NCBI GenBank assembly: GCA_036172245.1
Contig: JAYWIR010000104.1
Location: 62,001 to 126,000 of the forward strand
DNA length: 64,000 bases
Source: Raillietiella orientalis
Taxonomy: Eukaryota
Direction: 5' to 3'
The notes beneath the pieces are model-generated. The model made no database searches and had not been told where the DNA came from. It saw only the letters and a list, made by a program, of their open reading frames with translations. This document shows, piece by piece, positions 10,800 through 23,111 of the stretch (positions within the stretch are counted from its first letter, which is position 1; each line of letters opens with the position of its first letter). Position numbers and translations under genes: made by a program.

Positions 10800-12117
10800 G
10801 GGTCGGCTGCCTTCTTCTTCGGCGTTGCATCAGCAGCGAAGGACTGCTTTCGTTCCCGGCGCATTTTCGGCACACCAGAAAAGGATTTGGTTTTCAGCTG
10901 AGGCAAGCTGCCCGCTGCTGAAAGCCCAACGTAGAATCTCCTGCAGCCCTATGCATGGCGGCAGGAGTCTGTTGAGTCATGATCTGCTAATGTAAGAATA
11001 TTTCCGGAAGATCTTCGAGGCCTGCGACTTCTTCTGAGTCACTCTCTGGAAGAGGTCATGCAGGATCATAAGGGGAATCCCCTAGCCGCCATCACCCTTG
11101 CTGCACCGCTTTCTGCCCTTAGGACAAGCAAGGACAGTTGCCTACCGGCAGGGTGGGAGTTCTTCTCCACCATCGCAGGAGGGACCGAGCTCCTTGGTGC
11201 CTAAAAGACAAAGGAGCTTGTGCACGCCGCCACTCTTCCTAATCGAGCTAAGGGACTTCTCCGGTGGAGCGAGCTTTCCAATGTGCCTCCTCGAGGAACG
11301 AGTAGTCCCTCCCGCTTGTTTAGACAGCTCGGTGTTCCTTAGAGGATAGAAACAGTACGTGCTGCTATTTTTGCACTGGAGATTCTAGTGTAGTCAGCGC
11401 CGAAGCCTCGTTTCCGGGGGAGCTGTCTCCCCAAACTAGTCGAGATGCGGGGCCTTCATATCGTTCCCGCACCTTTGACTCTTCCTTTGCAAAGTGAAAC
11501 GGAGGCTCACTATGGCTGTCCCGCTCCACGGAGAAACTGCGAAGGACCTGCTGCGCCGTATCGTCATGAGCAAGAGGCTTTCATGCGGCGCAGTAGTCGC
11601 AACAGTCCGTTGCATTCGCGTAATTCTTACTGCCGACCACGGAATGGAGATGGCATCGCTGCGAAGGGAGGTCCACCGTTTGGCAGCTGCCTACATGAGG
11701 ACGGCTGCAAGGTGGCCACACCCGGAAGAGAAAAGCAGGAGATAGCCGTCATCCACCGCCGGTTAATGGACAGTAAAGAACGGCGGACCACGGTGAACCT
11801 TGCCCTCTCCAACCCTTATTTTATTTTATTTTATTTATGTGTTTGTTTATTTATTTATTTTGTTTCTTTTTCCATCTCCGTCCGCACCGCAGCTTCTCCA
11901 GTGTTTTGATCCTTATCCCAGTGCCTCCCGGAGCGAACCCAAAGACCCCTGCTCAAACCCACCGCATTTAACTTTCTTTTTGTTGCCCTCGATCTCCCGC
12001 CCCGTTCCGAACTTCCGTTATCCAGGCCTGTGCCGGTGGACTTCCCCCTTTGCTTGTTTGGTCTCGATTGAAAACCAAGTTCTCTACTGGTTGATTTTAA
12101 GAAACGCCCCGGCGTGA
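10800..12117 (+). mobile_element. Tx1-like 5'-truncated ORF2 C-terminal fragment + 3' UTR
   Basis: AWRQESVES, KQYVLLFLHW, VSGGAVSPN*SRCG...FPHL and GAVVATVRCIR are homologous to the 38030-39566 copy. T-rich UTR; terminal AAGAAACGCCCCGGCGTGA at 12099-12117. Confidence 0.85.
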
Positions 12118-13400
12118 AGAGGTGAGAAATCTCGGTAGCCTCCAGTGCGGACGTGTTTTTCGGTCGCTCCGCGCCTGCAATTCCGAGCATCCTTTTGCCA
12201 GCGCTTCCGCTGGCGCTTGGGAGTTCCCGTGTGTGGTATCCATGCAGTTCTCTGCTCGAACCATGGATAGGATTAAATGGAATTCGAAGTTATCGCATCC
12301 GCTGCATCTGTGCAGCAACTGACTGCCAGTCGTCCCCGGGATAAGTTGCCTCGCCAGCAGTGATGTCATACGCTGACGTTGCTGCCGCCGCGTCGTCCCC
12401 AAGATCAGCTCCCAGCGATGCAAGGTTACAGGCTTTTGTCGCTCAAGGCTACAGGCCTGCACTTTGCCATAAGGTGAATGGGACACTCACTGGGACAACG
12501 GGACGAAAGCTGAACGTTGAGCTAGTCCGGGTAGGCGTGAGGGAGCAGGACCTTCTCGCCATCGTGCGCGCTGGTGGCATGGAATACGTGAAGGTACGCA
12601 GCACTTGTGCAGCACGTGCTCCGTACCCCGCTGTCCATCGGTGGGAAGGAGGAATGGCTCGCTCGTTGTCCAGCTCTTCGACATCGAGCCGGAGATTGGC
12701 AACCGCGAGGTCCTCAACGCGTTGGCGAAATTCGCCACGGTTTATGCAGTGTGGAGAGAGGGCAAATCCTTTAAAGGATTTGCCCTCTGTCCACATTGGA
12801 CTCGCCACTTCACGGAATACGGCGCCGAATTGTCGGTCACTGCCTGCGCAGCTGCAGGTGCACGGCACGGTCATTCACCTGTGGCTCGCAGGAAAGCCTT
12901 GCGTGTGCGGGCAGTGCGGCAAGGAGGCGCATCGACCGAAGAAATGACCCTCCCCGAAATGCCGCTACTGCAAGGAGGCCGGACAAGATCTCAAAAAGTG
13001 AGCGGAACTTGCAAAGAAAAAACAAAAAAGGAGGCAAGGAGACTTTGCCGAAAAAAAGAAAAGAAAGGCACGCGGCAGGAGTTCCGCAAAAAAGCAAAAC
13101 GGAACGCGTGCAAACCGCGGGCACCCACGCTCGCAAAGTCCAGCGCAGACGATCTCGCTGCAGGGCAGCCGCAAAACAAAGGGCGTGGGAGCTGGGCGCG
13201 TGCCGCCACTGCGCCCGCCACCGAACGCGGAAACAACATGCCGCGGATGGGCTCAGCGGAGTCCGAAAAACAGAGGGCACAGCGGAAGTGCAAGAAGGGG
13301 ATCGCAATAAGGCCAAAACCACTTCTACTCCGCCGGCCCATCCTGTGGCTTCCCAGCCAAACAAAAAGGAATGAGACTTCCGGTGCGGCACCAAAAGATG
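12118..13400 (+). mobile_element. Tx1-like 5' UTR + degraded ORF1 (Gag-like), head-to-tail after the previous copy
   Basis: CGGACGTGTTTTT at 12148-12160. SYADVAAA, FVAQGYRPAL and AGGMEYVKV match YVEEGYNPSL/SGGQYVEV at ~7.4-7.6 kb. Also EVLNALAKFATV, knuckle remnants CGQCGKEAH and CRYCKEAG, and a basic tail. Confidence 0.82.
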
Positions 13401-13889
13401 GAAAATGAGGCGGCGCTGCGAGAGCGATTGCGCCACAGGCGGCCAGATGTCTGCCGAAGCAGCAGTTTTCCCCATTCCCACCAGCGGTGGGGTGAATTTA
13501 TTGAACAGCTTGGGATCACAAAATTCATATCATTGGACAGTACGACAGTCCGATGCTCACTTTCACTTTCATAAGCGTTTTTCAATGTCACTCATTGTCA
13601 CTTGCGTGTCACGTTCAAATGTACTCTGCAGGAATGGGGTCACTCAGTTTTAGTGGGGATACCTGCGCAGCTCCTGATCCTAATTTCCTTTTTTAATAAG
13701 CCTTGCAGGATATCCAATGCCTGAGTATTGTTCATTCGGGTCCGCATTTTTGCCCTTCTTATCACGATGCTCCTGATGAATAGGGCATTGTTTGTTTGTT
13801 TTTTTGGTACGCTAAGTACCTCAAGAGCCGGTCTCGTGCCTCGCGGCGCATGTGGCTCTTGAACACTGTTTCACGCCATCCGCGGAGGG

Positions 13890-14450
13890 TGCGTGTTCTC
13901 CAAGATTGGGGGGCACCCCGGAAGGGTCCGCCCTATGAATCCAGGAAGACTCGGAGTCCGTTCCTCTCACGCTTGGGGAGGAGGGATCGCACCTCCCACC
14001 CTGGTTGTCTCCTTCTCATTCTCTCCAGAAGGACCCCCCGGAAAGGGGATGGTCCTCTCCATTTCATATTCTCCGAAGGGAACCCGGAAAGGATTCGCTA
14101 GTAGGAATTTCTTCTCAGGAGGGAGCCCGCAAGGGAACGGCTCCTGTTCACTCCTCTGAAGAGAACCCCGAAGGGACGCTTCCGAAACTCAGAAGGGGCG
14201 CTGCAGCTTCACGCAGGGAATCGCTCTCGCTTGCTTCCTTGCACTCTGTGAAGAGGCGACGACTCGGAGGGTCTCCCCGAAACAGGGGGGTCCGCTCCTC
14301 TGAACAACTGGAGAGGTACCTGTGAAGGCTCCTGCTCCATCTTGAAACCGGAGGGGTCCCTCCGGTGTGGGTGGTCCGCTCTCCGTTGTACGACTGGAGG
14401 GGAAACTCCCTACTCCTTTATTCCTGGGAGGACCCGAAGGTCGAATTTCA
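13890..14450 (+). repeat. Unclassified module of degenerate ~40-50 bp units rich in CCC-NNAA-GGG mini-hairpins; homologous to 30050-30360 (-)
   Basis: Shares collinear words with the reverse complement of 30050-30350: ttctccgaaggga, gctagta..aatttct, tctgaagagaaccccg, cagaag..gcgctgc. Confidence 0.75.
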
Positions 14451-14462
14451 TTGTTCTGGCCT

Positions 14463-17420
14463 TCATCGGGGGGCTCCGGCTGAAACGACCACCGGTGCCA
14501 CACCCGAATGTCTCGGCCAACCAGAGCCATTGCATCGAGGAACGTTACAGTTTTCTTCAAACAACCCCGCCGGCACCTCCATCTTCTTCATCGTTTGCAA
14601 GCTTGTCACCTGCTTCAGCTTGTCCCGGTAGCCGCGCAGCGTCGGGCACGTCAGTATATGGAGTTGGGCTTCCCTGTCTCCGCAGGCCCTGCACATGTCA
14701 TCCCGAACGTTGCCTGCCCAGTGCTTCGTCGTCGTGCCGCTCAGGATGCCTCCGTGATAAAACATCAGGAGGTCATCGTGAGTGTCGATTGGTAAGTCGC
14801 TCGTCCAGACCGTGGTTCCAACCGCCAGCAGGTTCACCTGGCGGCATCCATAACGGCTGGCGGCCGCGCTGGGAGCGTCGTGCTCGTCCAGGTTCTTGGT
14901 TACCGCTTCTTGGATGTTTGCTCTGGTGATCAGCCGCCAGCAGTTGGATTCCTGATTTTTCCAGGTATCCTGTCCCACTATCTTCGTAATGAGGAGAAAG
15001 GGTCGCATCTCCTGGAGGTAGACGCTTCTGGTCAACTGCTCGCAGTCCCCGATGTTCACCCTTGGTCTCTGCAATATCCACTTGCTGGTGTCCCGAGAAA
15101 TGCACAGGAAGTATGGGACGAACAGGGCCAGTTGGACTACCCAGATTTCCTTACTTGGCACAATTTCAAGTTGGTGCTTGTTCAGCAGTGCCTGCTTTCT
15201 CTTCCAAGTCGCGTTGATGTCTTCCCACTTTCCGTGTTTGCCTATAAGGACAGACAACAGGGTTCACGAGTTGTTTGGCAAATGCAGGAACAACTCGGGA
15301 GGCCAGAGAAGGCTCTGTGCGCCGCATAAGGTCACTGATTCCATTTGACGGCGAGATCCAGGATTTGTCGCACGTCCAGAAGATTCACGGATGGCTATAG
15401 CGACTTCATCCCTGCCCTGCCTTTCTCTCGCGGTCGGCACAAGAGTTTTAGCCTGATCCGCGGCTTGCAACGTTTCCAAAGTACTTACCGCTGTAGCTGT
15501 TCAGTTTCCTTACTCTTCCGTTCGTCCAATAGGCAGAAGGCCGCTCCAAAGAGCACCTTGGGAAGGACTCCTCTTTGCAGTTTAACCTTCTGCTTCAGGC
15601 AGGAGTCGAGCAGGGCGTATTCCGCATCCTCTTCTCTCGATGTGCTAAGGCCTTCTTTCCATATCTGTTGCGAAGCCGAGGCGTTGCGGATGTGGATTCC
15701 CAGGCACTTGATCTCGTACACGACTCGGAATCCTTCCTTCGTTAAGGCGGCGGAGAAATCCAGTATTCCGATGGGCAATAGCTGGGATGATTACTAAGCG
15801 TCCATCCGCAAGCCCGAGCCTCTTTCCAGGGACACGACGACACCGAGGAACTCATGCTGATCCCTCTCGTCTTTCAGGAAAAAGAGTACATCGTCCGCAT
15901 ACCTTAGGTGCGTCAGTCTGTATCGTCGTGAAGGCGTATTCCTTGGTCTTCCTTAGGCGGTTGGCGTTGATCTTGGCCAACCATTTGGTGTCCGTGTTCA
16001 AGATAAAGATGAGCCGCTATTGAGTGACCTTATCCAAACCTCCTCTCATTGATAGCAGCCTCATCCTGCTCCCGTGGAACGACTCAGGGGGCCTTCGTTC
16101 TTCTTGGATGCAAAGCGTTAGCTCGTGAAACAACCGCAGGTACGTGTGCTCGTAATGCTGCGAATAAGAGATGAGCACGCGATCAGGGACTGCAGCCACA
16201 TTCTTGCGGATTTCGCTGCATGCCTACTTCACTTCTTCCATGCAGATTTCCTCTTCTAGACCTTCCTGCTGTTGCCTGCTGAGTCGATCCAGCAAGCATC
16301 GCAAAAGAACATCCTGCTCGCTTCTTGGGAGTTTTCCACGTGAAAAGTGGGAGGTGTCATGTCGGTGGAACGCCTCCACTATTTCTTCCGACGTCTGACG
16401 CAGCTGGCCCTGCTGCTTGGTGCAGAAGATATCCATCACCAGATTCTTCTTCTCCTGCACGCCGACTTCCCCTTTAACGTTGCTTGAGAGGTACCGCCTC
16501 ACGCACTGATCCCAGCAGTTGGAGAGGGAATGATGTTGGATGCTGTACTCTTGGTAAGCTTCCTGCCACATCGTCCTGTTTCCAAATTCCGCGTTTCAAA
16601 ATACGTGGATGGTGTGCTCCAATCTGTCCCGTCCTCGACCCTTGTGGTGTCCCGCAGGATTGATTCTATCATTTCCTGGTGACAGGAAAGCGTTTCGAGC
16701 CAGGCAGACACGCAGATGAATGCTGTCATGGTGCTTGTCTGTTTCCGGGGTTCTCCCTTTTCAGTGTGAACCGCAGCAAGGGGCGGGCCGAGAGCAGTGT
16801 CTGCATGTTTAGGAATCTCTGCACGCTGTTGCCTGCACGATGCCTTGACTGTAGAGCACGTGGTGGATGGACTAGTGGCTGATCGTCAAGACGTAGCAGT
16901 TCGAACTCTTCAGAAAACTGCCGATGCCCCAAGTTTACCCCGATATTTCTGGACTTGATCGTGATGCCCAGGGTATTCAGGTCGCCCACGACGACGACGG
17001 TGTCCATAGGTGCGGCCCAGCTGCGCAGGAGATCTCGCACAGCTTCAGCACACCGGTGCTGAAGCTGTGCGCTAGGGGTCCGTTCACGATTACCAGGAAT
17101 AGGTGAACTGCTCCAGAACATGGACATATCCGAACATGGACCATACCACGGGACCAAGAAGAAAAGGATTCCACGACGATGTGCGTGATTATGTTCTTGA
17201 CGAGGATGTGAACGCCCTTCATCTGCCTGTCCTCTGGGCTCAAGAACAGCATGGAGTCGCGACGGCGCATCCAGATTTGTTCCCACTCAGATTTCTGCTG
17301 ATGAATCCAGGATTTTCTCCGAGAAACCCACCGCACTTCCTGTGCCTCCCTGACAAACGTTCCCGCCGAACGAGACCCGAGCCTAGCAACTCCCCTCGCT
17401 CCAGCAGCCGCATGCAAAAT
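14463..17420 (-). mobile_element. Second, divergent L1/Tx1-clade family: degraded ORF2 with APE endonuclease, partial RT and zf-RVT
   Basis: APE-like KGVHILVKN, LVIVNGP and VVVVGDLN. RT-like *RLIFILNTDTKWLAKINANRL and IKCLGIHI. C-terminal CRACGDREAQLHILTC. The central RT appears deleted. Confidence 0.78.
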
Positions 17421-18684
17421 CCAATACGGCCCCGTCCCTTTTTCTTAGAAAGCGAGCAGGTGCTGCGGACCGCTTCCTGGGATACTGAAGGCTGCACAGA
17501 ACAGCAAAATGCGAAAAAAAAAGAGAGAAATCGCGTGCGCGAGGAGGGCAACCACGAAAATGTGAAAGGATAGGGATCGATAATTGAGCAAATGGGGACG
17601 GCGGAACCTCAGGGACGGGATAACGCGCTTTCGACAAGGCACAGGAGCTCCCCTGTCGACCGGTTCATGCCAGGGACCAAGAATCCGTATGTATGGGGGC
17701 AAGTGGACACAAGTGACCGCAGAATAGGGAGGAACTTGCTTAAGGGGTCGCTCGGCTCGCACATACCGATGCAAAGATTTCGGACGAACGGATCAAAGAA
17801 TGGACGAAGCAAAAGCTCCGTTCCTCCTCCGCTGCGGATCGGTAAACCAATTGTTCATCTGATCCGCAGTCTTAGAGGAGCAGGTGATGCCTCACTGAAC
17901 CTCTGAGCACCCTTAAAGCAAAACCACATTTGCCACCTATTGAATTTCCAATTCCTCTGAAACTTTGCGAAACAAAACGACAATGGAAGTGTACAAAGTG
18001 CATCAGCACTCACCGGTATATGTACTATTTAGATGGCACTTCTGGAGACTGCGTACACTTTGAAAAAAAACCTTATGGATAGCAATTTATAATATGATCA
18101 ATTTTTTGCTCTATTTAACTACATAGCAATGTTCTGAACATGAGGAGTGGCTCAGAATTCGAGATGAGGAAAATTTTGGCGTGTGCTATGAAACATGAAA
18201 AAAAAAAAAGCGTGCAGGAATTCCAAGGTTCATGTGAATGAAGGAATGTTATTTCTTTAGCGGATGTGGATTGAGAAGTCATTTCTCGCAAGGATTGAGC
18301 TTTCGCTGGCTGCAGTTTTGATATTTATCGGTGGCGCAGGGGTAGTAATCATGCAAATGGATTGTGGTATTTACTCGGAATGTAAAATACGTTTCATCCG
18401 TTTCGTGTATTTTCCACAGTAAATGCAATCGACACGCCTTTGCATGAGTCAGCATCTCAGTTCAACGGCATGAGATGCCATCGCCCGGAATACAAAATGG
18501 GGAAGCAAAGAAAACCTCACGTTGTGAAAATCATTCACACATCTGTGGCTGATCGTTGTGATGGCTTTGTGCAAGATCAGTCTAAGAGATGAGTTTTCTC
18601 AAACATTGAATTTTCTCCAAACAGATGTGCGATTTTCTGGTATTCGACAAATGGAAATACCCACTGTGGAAATGGTGTGAAAAC

Positions 18685-21196
18685 TCAAAAATCCTCCCAA
18701 GGGATCACTTTTGAAAAATACACATCAAGTCCTTGTCTGTGTGATTTAGCACATCGACAATACATTGATAAAATCAGAAATGCCAAGTAGAATTTCATAA
18801 ATGAGATAACTTCCTTAAAATACCCGAAATTACGAAGCAAGCCTGATGTTTTGGACATACTTGAATTGATTGCCACATTCTCAATAGTACCATCAAGCCT
18901 ACCAGCATAAGTAGGCTGATAAGCATCTACTAAAATTCTTAAATCTTCGTTGCTTAGATAGCAAAGTACCTTTTCAGCACAGTCATGAGATAACACAGGG
19001 AAGATGTGCCGATTTTTGTAGAGTTGCTCTAGCAATTTCCTCCTTTTTGCACCCTTCCTGAAACCGTTATTTATCATACTGGCGTAAATTCGGAATTTCA
19101 TTTCACAATCATAGGATCTTAAGAGTTGGAGTATATCTTCACTTCCCAAGAGGATTGGTTTACATTTTTTGTCAAGATGTCATAAAATGAGGCGTTAGAA
19201 TTACCAAGCTTCTCACTCTTCAGGCACTTCATTTCTTCCTTACATAAACTCTCAAAATGGCTTATTTCAGGTTTAGAGTCACGATGCAGTAATTGCAAAT
19301 TTCTTTCATGTACATACAAATTTGCAGTTTTCATCTCAACTATGTGGCACTTAAGAATTCGAACAATTTCATACCACGCATAAGAATTACGATAAAACCA
19401 ATGGTTATCTGGGTCATAATTGGGGTAAATGTTCTGAAGTGGCTTGTCATTCCAAACAAAATCAAGTGCTGTGTAATTATTTTTACAGGTGATCTTAATA
19501 TCAGAGCCATGATCTAGAAGAAGGGCAACGATCTTGTCATGTCCTTGTTTAGAAGCCATGTGAAGTGCTGTCCTACCACTTTCATCTTTCAAATCAATTA
19601 TGGCACCAAATTCCAAGAGAACCTCAACAACTGCTAGCTGACCATTTCGAGCAGCTTCATGAAGGGGTGTCGTACCCTCATTAGTTTTAGCATTTATATT
19701 AGCTCCTCTATTCAAAAGCAATTTGGCAATTGCTTCCTTTGGGTGAAAGTATGCAGCACAATTTTCATCAAGAAATTTCCTGCCTGCAGCAGTAAAATGC
19801 AATGCCGTTTTGCCATGTTCATCAATAGCATTAACATAAGCACCATGATGTAAAAGTGCTTTCACAATTTCTCTCCATCCCTCCTGAGCAGCAATATACA
19901 GTAGTTCAAGGTTATCTTTTACATTAGTCTTCTTAGTTAGAAGTAGCTTGGTAATTTCCACATCCGCATTTTGAACAGCTAAAAATACAGGCGTTAAACC
20001 ATCTTTGCTTTTAGCATTTACATCAGCTCCATAGCTAATCAACAGTTTGGCAAGCTCCTCCTGTTTATTATGAGCTGCAACATGTAAAGGCGTATAACCC
20101 CATTTTGAGTTGTTTGGCATGTTAGCATCAGTACCGTACCTTAAGAGTTGTTCAACAATTTTCGAATATCCTTTCTTAACTGCAGCATGCAGAAATTCAC
20201 AATTATTTACATCTTCTGGATGAACAGTAAAACCATACTGAAGCAGAGTTTCAAGAATCTGGCCATACTCTTTCCGACAGCCACAGACTGCAATCTTGAG
20301 AGCACTCCTATTACTTCTGTTATTCAAATCAGGACAATGCTTTAAAACATGCTTAATAATTGATAAAAGTGTGCTTTCCACAGCAAAACACAGGGCAGTT
20401 TTCCCATCCTTATCCTGAGCATCAATGTTAGCTCTGCTCTCTAAAAGTAACTTGACCAGTTCTTCATGTCCTCTTTGAACAGCAAAGTGTAGTGCAGTTT
20501 TACCATCTGTATCTTGAGCATCAACGTTAGCTCTGCTCTCTAAAAGTAGCTTAACCACTTCCTCATGTGCTGCTACAACAGCAAGGTGCACTGGGTTTCG
20601 AAAGAAACGAGTACACATAGAATTTACGATAGCTCCATGTTTCAAAAGACACTCAACACTCTGTAAATGCCCTTTTTTTTTTGCTGCCATATGAAGAGAA
20701 GTTCTACCATCCCTTTGTTGGGCATTGACATCAGCACCTCTACTTAAAAGGAATTCCATAACTCCCATGCAATCATCCTTTTCTTTATTACCGAAGTATG
20801 AATAAGTTATACTGTGGCTGCTACTAGGACAAGAAGCCCCTCCTTGATACAACCCTGTAACCCATTGCCATAACACACCCACAACTGCACTGGGAAGTGG
20901 AGTTCCACCATACTGATTTCTAGCATCAATCAAAGCACCTCTATTCTCGGCAATCTCTGTCACCATTCCTGGAACCCAGCTCTAGCATCTACCCAGTTAA
21001 CTTTGCAATGACTTGTTAAAAGTAGTTCAGCAACCTCTGTATGTTTGTGCTGCACAGCATCACAAAGTAAAACATATCCTTGTGACCATACTCGCGAGTA
21101 GGACAAACCATAAGAATGAATTAAGCTCCTCACTCTTTCTGTTCTTCCTTCTCGAACAGCACAAATCAGCTCCCGGATGATATCCTTCTTCCTCAT
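18685..21196 (-). pseudogene. Ankyrin-repeat + PRANC/F-box-like gene, frameshifted (ORFs 21196-20960, 20966-19119, 19149-18685)
   Basis: About 14 ankyrin repeats (GYTPLHVAA, GKTALHFA, GTTPLHEAA, GRTALHMAS). The C-terminus HIFPVLSHDCAEKVLCYLSNEDLRIL is paralogous to 1-840. A 7-bp deletion near 19152 relative to copy 1 shifts the frame. Confidence 0.88.
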
Positions 21197-23111
21197 GACT
21201 ATTCACTCCTAAATTGGAATATTTCCTTTACATAAATGCAGCCAAAATTTGTCCAGTTATTTCGATTAATTCATAAGAAGTTTCACTGATAAGTGGTTCC
21301 TTAAATCTAACAACTTGCCATTTTAATAATGACACTTTAATAAAACAAATTGCGATGTACATTACGTACGCTTCACTTTTACCAACTGCAATAGCAAAAC
21401 TCGTTGGGGTTACGAACACTGCATTCCAGATCAAATTCCACTTCCTTCTTCACAAAAACAAACAGGAAAAATGGTCCCTTGAAGTGCTAAACCTTGCCTG
21501 GACGGATTTCCGGTCGCTTCCCGTACACAATCACCAAAATACTTTTCCTTATTATTACAAATTGAGGAAATTTAGTGTACAAAGACGTCCACATTGGAAA
21601 GGCCCGCGCTTATCCAACGATCTGCAGTTGGTCGGTCTCCTTCATTCAGATGGTTATTGCACAGCATCCAAAGGAAACATTTTCTTCACGAAGAAGGAAG
21701 AAAACAAATGCCCCACACCGGAAGCATTCCCGTGAATTCCTCATTCAGAGGCAAATTCAATGGGCATTTGCTGCAGAAAAGAAACACATATTGGGAAGAG
21801 TGAATGAATTGCAGAAAAGTAAAGTGTCCGATTCCACCGTCCTCGGAGGTTTGAACTTTATTGCTTCTTAAAATCTAAGCATTTATGACAAACAGAACTT
21901 TATTCATAAATACGAAGAAAAATAGAATGAACGTGCACACCGAGCCGAGCCTGCAAGCAAAATGAAGGCAAAGCAATTGATGCGAAGTGCAGGAGTTTCA
22001 GCCACTGATGCACCTATTAAATCGACTATTTGTTTTCATTGAAGGGCACTTTGTAGCATACGACCATGAAATCCGCCACTCTTTTTTCCTTGGTTTCATG
22101 TCTTTGAGATTCATGAAGAGCATCTTCATTATCCATCCGGTCGATCACTTCAATAGTCCGCTTTCTATTACTGTTGTGAGATTTTCAGCTTATAAAGCAT
22201 TCTTTCATGCACGATCGCTATTACAAGTTTTGCAAGGAGCACCATTTATGGAAGGAGACGATTGCTATCTGGGGAACTGAAACTCAGCGATCTTCGTGGT
22301 AATTCTTCAGAGAGCAGCACCTGCCTCCGGAAAAGATCTCACCTAAATGTTAGAAGCACCTTAAAAAAATGCTACGACATCAGAAGTGCATCGACAAACT
22401 GCGACTCGCGTCCATTGCCAACTGCCAATAAATTCTATGCTCAGTGCTCATCCGGAAGATTTCCTAACTCGAAGCAGAAAAATGGATGCCATAAAAACCC
22501 TTTCTTTTCCGCATTTGTTGTATCCAGAGATCAGCGATTTGGGGCGCACAATAAAGACAGTATTATTAACTAGAGAATTCAGAAGTGATGGTGAGCCATC
22601 CTTGTCTCCCACTTCCCAACGAAGACGAATAGGATGGACGAGCCAAAGGACGTCTCGTCCGTGTGAACCTTATGAAGAAACAAAATTCGTTTTTGGCAGA
22701 TAGCCGCCTCAGACCGTTCACCTCTCTTGACCTACTGCTTCCGAGCTCTCTCGAGAGACTCTACTCATGGTAGTGAAGAATTGAATAGTGAAAAACTCCG
22801 ACACACTCTAGTGGTGAGAACACTCACCAGGGAACGAAGAGAGACATGATGATGCCTGATCGAGAACCACCCTTATCAAGGCAAAGTCATATCATGCATT
22901 CGATTGCATTGTGGTCGAGAGACACTTTTCATACGAGCGTGGTCGCCTACTCGTCGCCAACTAATTCATCCACCTATACAACAGGCAGGGATGCAGGTTG
23001 GAGATCAATCTTGCAGTCAGAGCAAACGTCGGTCTAAAACGGCAGCTGCATCTCATCATGTCAGATCATTGCTTGACGAACTTTGTTCTCCACATCAGGA
23101 GATGAAATGAC

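Noticed and set aside
7000..10900. Classical twin-priming 5' inversions as the explanation for head-to-head junctions
   Set aside because: The inverted and direct segments overlap by kilobases or are separated by kilobases on the element map, and at 7085 they come from diverged subfamilies. This does not fit a single twin-primed insertion.
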